NCBI GenBank assembly: GCA_046537785.1
Contig: JBKHKD010000005.1
Coordinates: 27,991-91,990, forward strand
Origin: Actinomycetota bacterium
Lineage (GTDB): Bacteria; Actinomycetota; Acidimicrobiia; Spongiisociales; ZC4RG35
Reading direction: 5' to 3'
Length of the DNA: 64,000 bases
Every line of letters begins with the position of its first letter. Positions within the stretch are counted from its first letter, which is position 1. The notes beneath the pieces are model-generated. The model worked only from the letters and a program-made list of their open reading frames with translations, was not told the origin of the DNA and ran no database searches. A program made the translations under genes and the position numbers. Positions 9,447 through 18,963 of this stretch are shown here, one piece after another.

Positions 9447-9902
9447 GTGAACCCGGCGTACGATGAAGGCATGGAAGGCACGTCCGACCTCGGAGTGGTG
9501 CTCCGAGACCACGGCTATCGGTTGACCAGCCCGAGGTGGCTGGTCTGGTCCGTGTTGCGGTCCGCCGGCGGGCACCGCACGGCCGACGAGATCGCCCGTC
9601 TGGTGAACGAGGCCGACCCGACAATCAACATCTCGTCGATCTACCGGGCGTTGACCCTGTTCGAAGACCTCGACCTTGTCCGGGAGTCACACCTTGGGAT
9701 CGACGACTCCGCCCGATGGGAGATCGCCCACCCCGACGACCACTTCCACATGGTGTGCCGGCTCTGCGGATCCGTCGACCACCACGAGGGAGAGTTGGTG
9801 GACCAGATCCGGGCGCACCTGAGCCAGCACCACTCCTTTGAAGCGGACAATGTCGACCTAGTGGTCACGGGAGTGTGTGAGAACTGTCGGCACAACACGT
9901 GA
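9447..9902 (+). CDS. Fur-family metalloregulator (Nur/Zur-like)
   Basis: Winged-helix N-domain and a C-terminal domain with two CxxC motifs (CRLC...CENC) and His-rich metal-sensing residues (HHEGE, HHSFE). Start is GTG 9447 or ATG 9471. The upstream part of the 278 aa track ORF is a spurious in-frame extension. Confidence 0.75.
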   Translation: MNPAYDEGMEGTSDLGVVLRDHGYRLTSPRWLVWSVLRSAGGHRTADEIARLVNEADPTINISSIYRALTLFEDLDLVRESHLGIDDSARWEIAHPDDHFHMVCRLCGSVDHHEGELVDQIRAHLSQHHSFEADNVDLVVTGVCENCRHNT

Positions 9903-10012
9903 AGCTCGGGTATCTCGGCCCATAGGTCACTTCTCAAAAGGACCTACGGACCTATGTCCCCCTCCCGTAGTGTCGGACCATTGGGTTAGACCAACGTCGA
10001 AGGAGCGACCGC

Positions 10013-10708
10013 ATGAAGGTCCAAGAGCTGATGACGACCGACGTCATCACCGTCAGTCACAAGGCCCCTCTGAAGGAAGCCGCCCGCCGGATGATCGAGG
10101 CAGGCGTGAGCGGGCTGGTCGTCACCGATGACGCCGGCAACATCGAGGGGGTCATAACCGAAGCCGACTTCGTCAAGGCGGAGTCGGATCGTCGAGCCAA
10201 CAAGCGGGCACGTCTCCTTCGCTGGCTCATGCCCGAGCCGGAGATGCCCAGCTCAGAGAGGGTCGTGGAAGACGCCATGACCGCAGACGTCGTCACCCTT
10301 GGGTCCGGGGCCGACCACGCCGAGGCCGCCCGCGTGATGCGAAAGGCGGGCATCAAGCGCATTCCCATCGTCGATGAGAACGGTGGCCTGGTCGGCATCG
10401 TGAGCCGTTCGGACATACTGAGGGCGTTCGCCCGTTCGGACTCCGAGATCATCGACGAGATCTCCAACCACATCCTTGGGGACGTCTTGTGGATCGACCG
10501 GCGAAGGGTTGAAGTCGGCTGTGTCGACGGAAACGTGACACTGGAAGGAAGGCTGGAGACCAAGAGCGACGCCATGCTCGTCGAAGAGATGGCCCGTCGG
10601 GTCGATGGCGTGGTCTCGGTGGCGGCCTCGCTCACCTGGGAGATCGACAACACCAAGCAGGAGATGACAAGCCCACCGCCAGGGACGTACCGGAGCGGGC
10701 TGCGCTAA
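10013..10708 (+). CDS. CBS-pair plus BON domain protein
   Basis: Two CBS motifs (MTTDVITV..., MTADVVTLG...IPIVDENGGLVGIVSRSDIL) and a C-terminal BON-like segment (VTLEGRLETKSDAMLVEEMARRVDGVVSV). Confidence 0.7.
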   Translation: MKVQELMTTDVITVSHKAPLKEAARRMIEAGVSGLVVTDDAGNIEGVITEADFVKAESDRRANKRARLLRWLMPEPEMPSSERVVEDAMTADVVTLGSGADHAEAARVMRKAGIKRIPIVDENGGLVGIVSRSDILRAFARSDSEIIDEISNHILGDVLWIDRRRVEVGCVDGNVTLEGRLETKSDAMLVEEMARRVDGVVSVAASLTWEIDNTKQEMTSPPPGTYRSGLR

Positions 10709-10718
10709 CGGACTTCCT

Positions 10719-11273
10719 TCAGGGGCCGGCAGCCACCAGAGACTCATAGTCAACGGCTCCGACCGGATCTACCGATAATGCGCCGCTCGCCACCGGCACG
10801 TCGGTCGGCACTCCTTCGAGCTGGAATGCGACCTGGTCGACACCCTCGACACTGGTTGCCGTAAGGACGATCTGAGCGATTGCAAGAATCTCCTCCTCGC
10901 CGCCCACGGCAGCAAACTCACTGTTGAGATCGACCCGCAAGACCGAACCGTCCTCGGTGATCGAGATGGTCTCGGTGCCAGGCGGGATAGCCGTCCTCAG
11001 ATTGGCCTGTCGCTCCTCGTCGGTGACGCTGCCCAGCAGCGACTCGAAGATGCTGGTGAGACTGGGTGGTGACGGCAGTTCTCTGGTCACATGGACCAGG
11101 GCATCGTCACGCACCAGGTAGAGAGACACCGCCACCAGCTCACCGGGCACAGGAGTCTCGTTCCCCGCAGGGGGAGCCAGCTCGACATCCACCACCTCGG
11201 GCTCGGTTTCTAAGGGAATCCCGCACGCGGCAATGAGCAGGGCGACCACCGGTAAGAGGATCCGCCAGCTCAT
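10719..11273 (-). CDS. lpqB: minimal LpqB-like lipoprotein (single GerMN domain)
   Basis: Lipobox LLIAACG. GerMN-type domain. Located immediately downstream of mtrB with a 4 nt overlap, the conserved mtrAB-lpqB arrangement. Only 184 aa, versus about 580 aa for mycobacterial LpqB. Confidence 0.6.
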   Translation of the reverse strand: MSWRILLPVVALLIAACGIPLETEPEVVDVELAPPAGNETPVPGELVAVSLYLVRDDALVHVTRELPSPPSLTSIFESLLGSVTDEERQANLRTAIPPGTETISITEDGSVLRVDLNSEFAAVGGEEEILAIAQIVLTATSVEGVDQVAFQLEGVPTDVPVASGALSVDPVGAVDYESLVAAGP

Positions 11274-12673
11274 GTCGACTCGGCCCTCAACTCGACCACG
11301 AACCGGGCCCCACCATCCGCTCCATCTTCCACCCAGATCCTCCCTCCCTGGAGCTCGGTGTTCTCAGCCGCCAGTGCCAGACCGAGCCCGCTCCCGTCAT
11401 ACCGACCCGATGGCTGCGTGCTGGAACCACGGGCGAAGCGCTCGAACACGCGCTCCCTCTCGTCCGAGGGGATTCCCGGCCCGTCATCCTCCACGGCGAT
11501 CCTCACGACATCACCCACACGCTCCACAGCGACCCTGGTGGCTCCGCCGCCGTGGGTGTCTGCGTTGTCGATGAGATTTACCAGCACTCGTTCCAGACGG
11601 CCCTCGTCGGCGAGCACCATCGAACGGACCGCTTCCTGATCGACAAAAACCGGCAGGTCGTGGCGACGGAGCCTGTTGAGCAAACGATTGATGACGGTGG
11701 TCGCCGGGAGGGGTTCCAGATCCGCCGTGACGACGCCGGCGTCGTGCTTGGCTATCTCCACGAGATCGGCGGCAGTCCGTTCCAAACGCCTCACGTCGCG
11801 CCCGAGAAGTGCAAGCGCCTCCTGTCCCGCCGATGACAGCTCATCACTGCGACCCTCTAGGACCGAAAGTGATGCGAGAAGGGTGGTCAGAGGGGTTCTC
11901 AGCTCGTGGGACACATCCGAGGCGAAACGGGCCTCCTTTGCGATCCGTGTCTGGAGCGTATCGGCCATGCGATTGAAGGAGGCAGTCAGAACCTCGAGAT
12001 CTTTGTCCAGGCCCTCGTCGAGACGGCTTTCCAACTCTCCGGAGGCAATCTGCTGCGCTACGGCGGTGACCTCCCGCAATGGACGCAGGACCCTGCGGGC
12101 GATGAGCCCCCCGAGCAGGGCGCCCGCCACGGTGGTGGTCGCACCTGCCAGAGCCAAGACCTGTGACAGAGTCGACAGGGTGTTCTGCACGTCGGCGAGA
12201 GAGAAGACCTCGAAGTAGTACCCGAGGTCCCCACCTAGAGGAATGCCGACGACGGTCACGGGCCGGTCCCTCATAGAAACGGTCTGTCGCGCCGAATTCC
12301 CGTCGAGAACGACCGAAGTGAGACTGGTCGGCAGGTCCTCAGGTCTCACCTGGAGCGAGGCCGCATACCACTGGCCGTCGTGAAAGAGCATCGGTGTCGA
12401 CCGGGTCGGCGGTCGAAGAGAGACCAGCACCTCACTCGGGTTAGCCATGCCTGAGCGCAGGGTGGCAGCCACCACCTGAGCGTCCCCGGCAGCCTGCTCG
12501 ACCGAGCTGATCCTCCGATCCTCAAGCAGCAACTGACGGACGGACACATACGTGATAGCTCCGAGCAGAACTGACAGGAAGAGCGCCACCGCGGCGAACC
12601 GCACCATGATCCGGGCGCGCAGCCCGAGTATCGTGCCGGACTTACGAGGTGAGAGCACCTTTCTATCCGACAA
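11270..12673 (-). CDS. mtrB: sensor histidine kinase (MtrB-like)
   Basis: N-terminal TM, extracellular loop, second TM, HAMP, H-box HELRTPLT, N/G boxes (DNADTHGGG, GSGLGLAL). Confidence 0.8.
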   Translation of the reverse strand: MSDRKVLSPRKSGTILGLRARIMVRFAAVALFLSVLLGAITYVSVRQLLLEDRRISSVEQAAGDAQVVAATLRSGMANPSEVLVSLRPPTRSTPMLFHDGQWYAASLQVRPEDLPTSLTSVVLDGNSARQTVSMRDRPVTVVGIPLGGDLGYYFEVFSLADVQNTLSTLSQVLALAGATTTVAGALLGGLIARRVLRPLREVTAVAQQIASGELESRLDEGLDKDLEVLTASFNRMADTLQTRIAKEARFASDVSHELRTPLTTLLASLSVLEGRSDELSSAGQEALALLGRDVRRLERTAADLVEIAKHDAGVVTADLEPLPATTVINRLLNRLRRHDLPVFVDQEAVRSMVLADEGRLERVLVNLIDNADTHGGGATRVAVERVGDVVRIAVEDDGPGIPSDERERVFERFARGSSTQPSGRYDGSGLGLALAAENTELQGGRIWVEDGADGGARFVVELRAEST

Positions 12674-13385
12674 CGGACTCGCCAGTCGGCGGCTCGAACC
12701 TGTAACCGAGGCCCCGCACGGTCACCACATAAGTCGGCTCTGACGGATCGGGCTCGATCTTTTTCCGGAGCCGGCGGACATGGGCATCGACCACCCGGCC
12801 ATCGCCGAAGTAGTCGTATCCCCACACGTTCTCCAACAGGACGTCACGCGATCTCACCCGGTTGGGGTTCTCGGCCAGCTCGCACAGCAGCAGGAACTCG
12901 ATCCTGGTGAGCTGGACCTCCTCCCCGTCTCTGATCACCCTCCCTTCTTCGGGGGATATCACCAGGTCGCCATACTCCATCCTCACCGCCTCATCGCCGG
13001 AGAGCCGGGTGCGACGCAACAATGCGCGGATCCGGGCCGCCAATTCCTTGATTACGAACGGCTTGGTCACATAGTCGTCGGCACCGGCCTCGAGACCCGC
13101 TACCACGTCATGGGAATCGTCTCGGGCGGTGACGATGATGATCGGGACATGGCTGGTCTGACGAATAGCGCGACATAGATCCAGCCCGTTCTTCCCCGGA
13201 AGCATGATGTCGACGAGGATCAGATCCGGTTCGACCTCCGGCAGCCGTTGCAACCCCGATTCAGCGTCGGGAACTGCATCAACCGCGAACCCCTCGTCTT
13301 CGAGGGCCAAACGGAGGGCGCTGCGAAGCCGATCGTCGTCCTCGACGATCAAGATGGAACCGAGGGATTGTCGAGCGGCAGTCAT
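12663..13385 (-). CDS. mtrA: OmpR-family response regulator (MtrA-like)
   Basis: Receiver domain (ILIVEDDD...DLILVDIMLPG) plus winged-helix output (VVTVRGLGYRFEP). Start refined to ATG at 13385 (MTAARQSLGSILIVEDD). The upstream 40 codons of the track ORF are unlikely to be translated. Confidence 0.85.
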   Translation of the reverse strand: MTAARQSLGSILIVEDDDRLRSALRLALEDEGFAVDAVPDAESGLQRLPEVEPDLILVDIMLPGKNGLDLCRAIRQTSHVPIIIVTARDDSHDVVAGLEAGADDYVTKPFVIKELAARIRALLRRTRLSGDEAVRMEYGDLVISPEEGRVIRDGEEVQLTRIEFLLLCELAENPNRVRSRDVLLENVWGYDYFGDGRVVDAHVRRLRKKIEPDPSEPTYVVTVRGLGYRFEPPTGESVVG

Positions 13386-13571
13386 GCCTTGCTGAAGCCC
13401 CTTCCGGGATCCTGTCCCGTTCCGTCGGCACGGTGGGGTCCCGATGGAAACCCGATCTGGACTCTTCCAACGTGACGTTACCCACCTACCGAACGTTGTC
13501 CGCAATAGTCACACGACTGTCACACTGACGGCGCAGACCCGTCATTTGGCTTCCGCATAATCATCGTCGCG

Positions 13572-14030
13572 ATGGCCGACGAACTTTCCCAAGACCGGGT
13601 CGCGACCCGTATCTGGCTCCTCCAATACGGCCCCTGCTGGTGCCGTACCCCGAGAACGGAGACCAGCTCATTCGACTATGTCCGCCTACGCACGAAAAAG
13701 GCCGACCTCGGCCGTCTCGAGGAGAACCTGCTGATCGTCTCAGAGCGGGTCATCGACGGCACCGCGAAGGTCTACAGACAGGTCTATGACGATGTGCCTG
13801 ACCCTAAGCTGGTCATCTCCGCGGCTGCTTGCCCTACAGCCGACCGCTTCTGGGACGGTCTGCCCAATGGGTGGGTTCCAGTCGATGAGATTCTCCCCAT
13901 CGACATACACGTCGATGCCTGTATCAGCGGCGAACCCGAGAGTCTCGCCGCAGCCGTGCTCGGTCACGTGCTCCAAGGCGACGCAGAGCCGCAGGACACA
14001 GTCCAGAGGCAGGTGAGCCTCAGTGGCTGA
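13572..14030 (+). CDS. hypothetical protein with degenerate NuoB/hydrogenase-small-subunit-like C-terminal motifs
   Basis: Segments VISAAACPTADRF and IDIHVDACISGEPESL recall the Oxidored_q6 (NuoB) motifs, but most of the Fe-S Cys ligands are missing. Lies next to cation/proton antiporter genes. Weak call. Confidence 0.3.
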   Translation: MADELSQDRVATRIWLLQYGPCWCRTPRTETSSFDYVRLRTKKADLGRLEENLLIVSERVIDGTAKVYRQVYDDVPDPKLVISAAACPTADRFWDGLPNGWVPVDEILPIDIHVDACISGEPESLAAAVLGHVLQGDAEPQDTVQRQVSLSG

Positions 14031-14047
14031 CGAAACGAGATGCGCAA

Positions 14048-15892
14048 ATGCATGAAGAGATCCTGATGCTCGCACTGGTGCTCGCTGCCGCCCTCATGGG
14101 AGGGCGGATTGCCGTGCGATTCGGCTACCCGGCCATCCTCGGGGAGATAGCCGCGGGAATCATCCTCGGACCGCCGATCGTCGGCCTCCTGGCCAGCAAC
14201 GAAGCCATCGACATCCTCGGAGAGTTCGGAATCCTGCTGATGATGCTCTACATAGGGATGCATCTGGATCTCTCCGAGCTACGCAAGGCGTCAGTGCCGG
14301 GGCTCCTGGCCGCAGTAGGTGGGTTCCTGGTCCCGACAGTGGCCGGAATGGTGCTGATGCTGGCGGTAGGTCGCACCTTCCTCGAGGCCCTCTTCGTCGG
14401 CCTGGCCATGGGAGTCACCTCGCTCGCGACCAAATCGAGGATCCTCGTCGACCTCAAGATTCTCGACACCCGCATCGCCCACGTCCTGGTGGCCGCCGCA
14501 CTCCTCTCCGATGTGGCCGTGCTCGTGGTCTTCGCTGCGGTGGTCGGACCGGGAGCAGCTGACGGAGTGTCGATCGGCACCGCCCTTTTTGCCGGAGGGA
14601 AAGCCCTGGCATTCGGTCTCGGTGCGGCACTCGTCGGCATGTGGCTGCTTCCGAAGATCAAGTCGCTGTTCGGAGCCCGGGAAATCGACCGGGGAGCGAT
14701 GTTTCTCGCCGTGGTTGTGTTCGGCTTGGGATTCGCTTACGCCGCCGAGATGGCCGGCATACATGCCATCCTTGGCGCCTTCGTAGCCGGGCTCTTCATC
14801 GACAAGAAGGTCATGGAGCCAAAGGTCTCAAAGGACGTTCAGCAGAAGCTGGCCAGCATGTCGGTGGGAGTCCTCGCACCGTTCTTCTTCGTCTCCGCCG
14901 GCTTCGAAGTGTCTCTGGGGGTTTTTCGCACCGACTTGCCCCTGCTCCTGGCCGTGGTCGTCATCGCCACCCTCGGCAAGATTCTCGGAACCGCACTCTT
15001 CTATCTGCCGAGCGGCAACGGCTGGCGAGAGGGAATCGTCGTCGGCTCCGGCATGAACGGCCGGGGTGCCGTGGAGATCATCGTCGCCGAGATCGCTCTC
15101 GCACAGGGCCTCATCGACCGCGACGTGTTCTCGATCCTCGTCTTCATGGCCTTGTTCACCACGGCGACCGTGCCGGTCCTCCTGACCCTGGGCGTCCGGT
15201 GGCTTCGGGACAGAGGCGAACTGGTACGGGCAGGCGACCGTAAGCAGGCCTTGATCATCGGAGCCGGCGTCATTGCCCGCCGCATCGGGTTGACACTTCA
15301 GGACTCCATGCCGGTCACCTTGCTCGACACGAATAGAGCCAACCTCATCGCAGGTCAACGAGAAGGGCTGACCGTCCGATCAGGGAACGGCCTCGACGAT
15401 GTCGCCTTGGAGAGTGCAGGCATCGAAGAGGCTCGCCGGGTGATCGCCGCGACTCCGAATGCAGAGGTAAACGTGTTGACGGCTCAACTCGCCGTCGACC
15501 TCGGGGTACCTGATGTGTCGGTCTTGCTGCGTGAGTCCGACACCAAGACCTTCGAGGGCCGGCTCGCCGATGCGGACATCACAGTGATCCGGGCGCCGGA
15601 GGACTTCATGGGATGGGAACATGCGCTGAACTCGGGTCGGGCCGTCGCCGAGACGATCGAGGCGTCAGACGAGCTGGACCGTTTCAAGGACGCGTCGAAT
15701 CCGGGGTGGGTCGAAGGAGAGAATCCCACCACCGAGTTTCCCGTGGCAGTGGTGAACAACGGAGAGCGCAGCCCCTACACCACAGAAGTGAGGCTGAATG
15801 ACGGCGAGCATGTGATCGTCCTGAAGCGGCTGGACATCCCGTCGCCTGATGCCCGGGTGGGTACGTCGCCGACCACGGGCAAGGACGCCTAA
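14048..15892 (+). CDS. CPA2-family cation:proton antiporter fused to an RCK (TrkA-N) regulatory domain
   Basis: About 380 aa membrane domain with Na_H_Exchanger-type helices, then a Rossmann segment ALIIGAGVIARRIG and a C-terminal soluble domain; 614 aa. Confidence 0.75.
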   Translation: MHEEILMLALVLAAALMGGRIAVRFGYPAILGEIAAGIILGPPIVGLLASNEAIDILGEFGILLMMLYIGMHLDLSELRKASVPGLLAAVGGFLVPTVAGMVLMLAVGRTFLEALFVGLAMGVTSLATKSRILVDLKILDTRIAHVLVAAALLSDVAVLVVFAAVVGPGAADGVSIGTALFAGGKALAFGLGAALVGMWLLPKIKSLFGAREIDRGAMFLAVVVFGLGFAYAAEMAGIHAILGAFVAGLFIDKKVMEPKVSKDVQQKLASMSVGVLAPFFFVSAGFEVSLGVFRTDLPLLLAVVVIATLGKILGTALFYLPSGNGWREGIVVGSGMNGRGAVEIIVAEIALAQGLIDRDVFSILVFMALFTTATVPVLLTLGVRWLRDRGELVRAGDRKQALIIGAGVIARRIGLTLQDSMPVTLLDTNRANLIAGQREGLTVRSGNGLDDVALESAGIEEARRVIAATPNAEVNVLTAQLAVDLGVPDVSVLLRESDTKTFEGRLADADITVIRAPEDFMGWEHALNSGRAVAETIEASDELDRFKDASNPGWVEGENPTTEFPVAVVNNGERSPYTTEVRLNDGEHVIVLKRLDIPSPDARVGTSPTTGKDA

Positions 15893-17052
15893 GCCGATCG
15901 CACCGCCGGCTCCCGGCGCGAGGGGTCGACGAACTTGGCTGCCAGGGGACCCGAGATCGCCATGAAGAGAACGTAGGCAGCAGCCAGCGCCGGCAGCTCC
16001 CCGGCCCCGGCGACACCGCCGGCCAATCCAGCGATCACAATCGAGAACTCCCCTCTCGCCATGAGGGCGAGTCCCGCTCTAATACGACCGGCCCGCCCGA
16101 TCCCGATCCGTCGTCCCGCGTACCAGCCCGACAGGAGTTTTGTGCCTGCCGTGACCACTCCGAGGACGACAGCTACACCCAGGACCGCAGGGATGTCCGT
16201 CGGATCCGTGGAGAGCCCGAAGAAAACGAAGAAGACGGCTGCGAAGAGGTCCCTGAGCGGAGAAAGGAGCGACCTCGCCTTGGCCACACCCTCGCCAGAG
16301 AGGCTGATCCCCACCAGGAACGCCCCGACCGCCGCGGATATGTTGGCTCCTTCGGCCAGGCCTGCAACCACAAGGGTCAGGCCGAAGACAGACAGCAGGC
16401 TCACCTCGTCAGACCTATGAAACACGAGCTCCCCCAGACGGTCCCCTTGCTTATAGGCAACGGCGATCGCTCCAATCATGAGAAAGACGGCGACGCCGAT
16501 GGCGAGGAGAGCCGCCGACGTGCTGTCGCCCAAAGCGAGAACGCCCAGGGTCGGTAGAAGTACGGCCATGGCGAGATCTTCGAAGACGAGAACCGAGAGA
16601 ATCACCGGTGTCTCGCGGTTACCGCTCCAACCAAGATCGTTCAACAGCTTTGCGATGACTCCCGTGGACGAGATGTAGGTGACTCCGCCCATGAAGAGCG
16701 CCGGAACCGCCCCCCATCCGAGCAAGAGACCAGCGAGAAAACCGGGGGTGAAGTTGAAGGCAAAATCCAACAGACCCGCGGGCGCCACCGATCGCACTCC
16801 TGAAATGAGCTCCCTGGCGGAGTACTCCAGACCGAGCATGAGAAGCAGGAAGATGACACCCAACTCGGCACCCACCTCGATGAACTCCTCGGAGGTGACA
16901 ATGGGGATCAGACCACCCTCGCCCAACAACAGTCCCCCGAGGAGGTACAACGGGATGGGAGAGATCCGTAGCCACCCGGCTAGCCGGGCGAGAATCCCCA
17001 ACGCAAGGACGACCGCGCCCAGCTCGACTAGGAGAAGGGCCCCGTGTTGCAT
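15889..17052 (-). CDS. cation:proton antiporter (KhtU/YhaU-like, CPA2)
   Basis: 387 aa polytopic membrane protein with Na_H_Exchanger-like helices. Directly followed by a TrkA-C regulatory protein gene (KhtT-like arrangement). Confidence 0.75.
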   Translation of the reverse strand: MQHGALLLVELGAVVLALGILARLAGWLRISPIPLYLLGGLLLGEGGLIPIVTSEEFIEVGAELGVIFLLLMLGLEYSARELISGVRSVAPAGLLDFAFNFTPGFLAGLLLGWGAVPALFMGGVTYISSTGVIAKLLNDLGWSGNRETPVILSVLVFEDLAMAVLLPTLGVLALGDSTSAALLAIGVAVFLMIGAIAVAYKQGDRLGELVFHRSDEVSLLSVFGLTLVVAGLAEGANISAAVGAFLVGISLSGEGVAKARSLLSPLRDLFAAVFFVFFGLSTDPTDIPAVLGVAVVLGVVTAGTKLLSGWYAGRRIGIGRAGRIRAGLALMARGEFSIVIAGLAGGVAGAGELPALAAAYVLFMAISGPLAAKFVDPSRREPAVRSA

Positions 17053-17074
17053 TGGCTAGTGGATTTTCACTGGT

Positions 17075-17560
17075 TCAACCGGCAGCCAGGATCTCGTCCA
17101 CCGCCTTGATCCCCTCAGGGGTACCCACCACGACCAGAGTGTCCTCGGCATCGATCATGAACTCGGGACCCGGAGCGGGAAAGGCCTGCTCGTCACGGAT
17201 CACCGCAACAACGGAGACACCTGTCCTGGTCCTGATCCGGGCGTCACCGATGGTTTTCCCCGCGTACGGGGTGCCGGGGTCTACGGTGAGCCAGTCGATG
17301 GCCAGACCCTCGACCTGCTGCTGGAGACTGGCCAGATTCTCGATGACCGTTGACCCACCGAGGGCCTCGGACAGGGCGTGACTGTCATCATCGGAGAGGT
17401 TGAGGCTCACAGTGACGGAGTCGGGATCGTCCGATGAGCACACGAACAGCTCTCTCCTGCCGGTCCGATGATGCACCACTCCAATTCGACTCCCGTCCTC
17501 AGCGGTGAAGTCGTGTCGCATTCCGACACCGGGCAGTGAGGTTTCCTCGATTTTGGGCAC
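17075..17560 (-). CDS. TrkA-C (RCK_C) domain regulatory protein, KhtT-like
   Basis: 161 aa, two RCK_C-like halves, no membrane segment. Upstream of the CPA2 gene on the same strand. Confidence 0.7.
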   Translation of the reverse strand: MPKIEETSLPGVGMRHDFTAEDGSRIGVVHHRTGRRELFVCSSDDPDSVTVSLNLSDDDSHALSEALGGSTVIENLASLQQQVEGLAIDWLTVDPGTPYAGKTIGDARIRTRTGVSVVAVIRDEQAFPAPGPEFMIDAEDTLVVVGTPEGIKAVDEILAAG

Positions 17561-17673
17561 TGCTCAAGCTCCTGACTCTCGGTGCTCCAATCCTAAGTGC
17601 CTCCCACCTTCAACACCCCGGCATGTACTCGTGGCCGAGTAGCGCCAAGCAGATCGCGGGGCGTTTTCACCGC

Positions 17674-18963
17674 TCAGGAGCCGTCCGGAGGCGACGGGAT
17701 GAGCTCCACCTCTCGAACCCGGCGCCCATCGGTGCTGGTCACCCGAAGGGTCCAACCCCCCTCCTCGATCATGTCGCCGGTCACCGGGAGCCGGCCCAGC
17801 CGGTCCATGATCAGACCTCCCAGGGTCTCGTACTCACCTTCGGGCAGATCGATTCCGTAGCGGTTGAGCTGATCCGGCCGCAACAGGGCCGGGGCGATGA
17901 TCCTGCCGTCTACGGTCCTCGTGGGGCGGCGCTCGCGCCGGTCGTGTTCGTCTCTGATGTCGCCGACCAATTCCTCGGCGATGTCCTCCATGGTGATGAT
18001 GCCAGCGGTGGAGCCATGCTCGTCGACGACCGTGGCGAAGTGGATCCGGGTACGCCTCATCTCGTCGAGCACCGATCTGATATGGGCCGATTCGGGGACG
18101 AAGAGACTCTCTAGTATGAGTGTTCGGTTGATGGGCAGATCGCGCTCGTCGTCCGGGTAACCCATGAGGTCTTTGACATGGATGAAGCCCTGCACGTCGT
18201 CGAGATCCACGCCGTAGACGGGGATCCGGGAGTGACCGGTGGCCCTCATCAGCTCCTCGACATCGGCGACAGTCGACGCCTCAGGGACGGCCACCACATC
18301 AGGCCTTGGGACCATGACTTCCGCAGCATCACGGTCTCCGAAGACGATCGCACCCGTCAACAATCGGTGGGTGAAGTCCTCGATCACACCTTGCTCCTGA
18401 CCGGTGGCGATGATCACCGCAAGGTCGTCAGCGGAGTGTCCCACCTCCAACGAATCGGCCGGCTTCACCCCGAACATTTTCAACACCCAGTTGGCGATCC
18501 CGTTCAGAGCCGCGATGAGAGGTCGGAACACGATGATGAATCCCCGGAACAGTGGAGCGAGCACCGTGGCTGTCTGCTCCGGGCTCGAGATAGCAACGTT
18601 CTTGGGTGCCATTTCCCCAACGACCATGTGCAGAAAGACCACGATGAGCAGTGCGATGGCGAATGCAATGGCATGTATCACTCCGTCGGGGAGGGGCAGG
18701 AAACCCAAGCCCTGTTCGAGGAGGTGGGCAATGGCGGGTTCGGCGACCGCGCCCAGACCGAGCGATGCCATGGTGATTCCGAGCTGAGCGGCGGTCAGAC
18801 TGAGCGAGAGGTTCCTGTTCAACCCGACAGCCATGCGCGCCGGACTCCCGGGAGTCTGTTCGAGCACGTCTCGTCGGGCGGTTATGTAGGCGAACTCGGC
18901 GGCGACGAAGAAGCCGTTGGCGGCCAGGAGCACGATCATCAGCAAGATGGGTCCCCAGCTCAT
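17674..18963 (-). CDS. CNNM/HlyC-CorC family transporter (DUF21 - CBS pair - CorC_HlyC)
   Basis: N-terminal four-TM DUF21 domain, CBS pair, C-terminal transporter-associated domain; 429 aa. Confidence 0.8.
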   Translation of the reverse strand: MSWGPILLMIVLLAANGFFVAAEFAYITARRDVLEQTPGSPARMAVGLNRNLSLSLTAAQLGITMASLGLGAVAEPAIAHLLEQGLGFLPLPDGVIHAIAFAIALLIVVFLHMVVGEMAPKNVAISSPEQTATVLAPLFRGFIIVFRPLIAALNGIANWVLKMFGVKPADSLEVGHSADDLAVIIATGQEQGVIEDFTHRLLTGAIVFGDRDAAEVMVPRPDVVAVPEASTVADVEELMRATGHSRIPVYGVDLDDVQGFIHVKDLMGYPDDERDLPINRTLILESLFVPESAHIRSVLDEMRRTRIHFATVVDEHGSTAGIITMEDIAEELVGDIRDEHDRRERRPTRTVDGRIIAPALLRPDQLNRYGIDLPEGEYETLGGLIMDRLGRLPVTGDMIEEGGWTLRVTSTDGRRVREVELIPSPPDGS

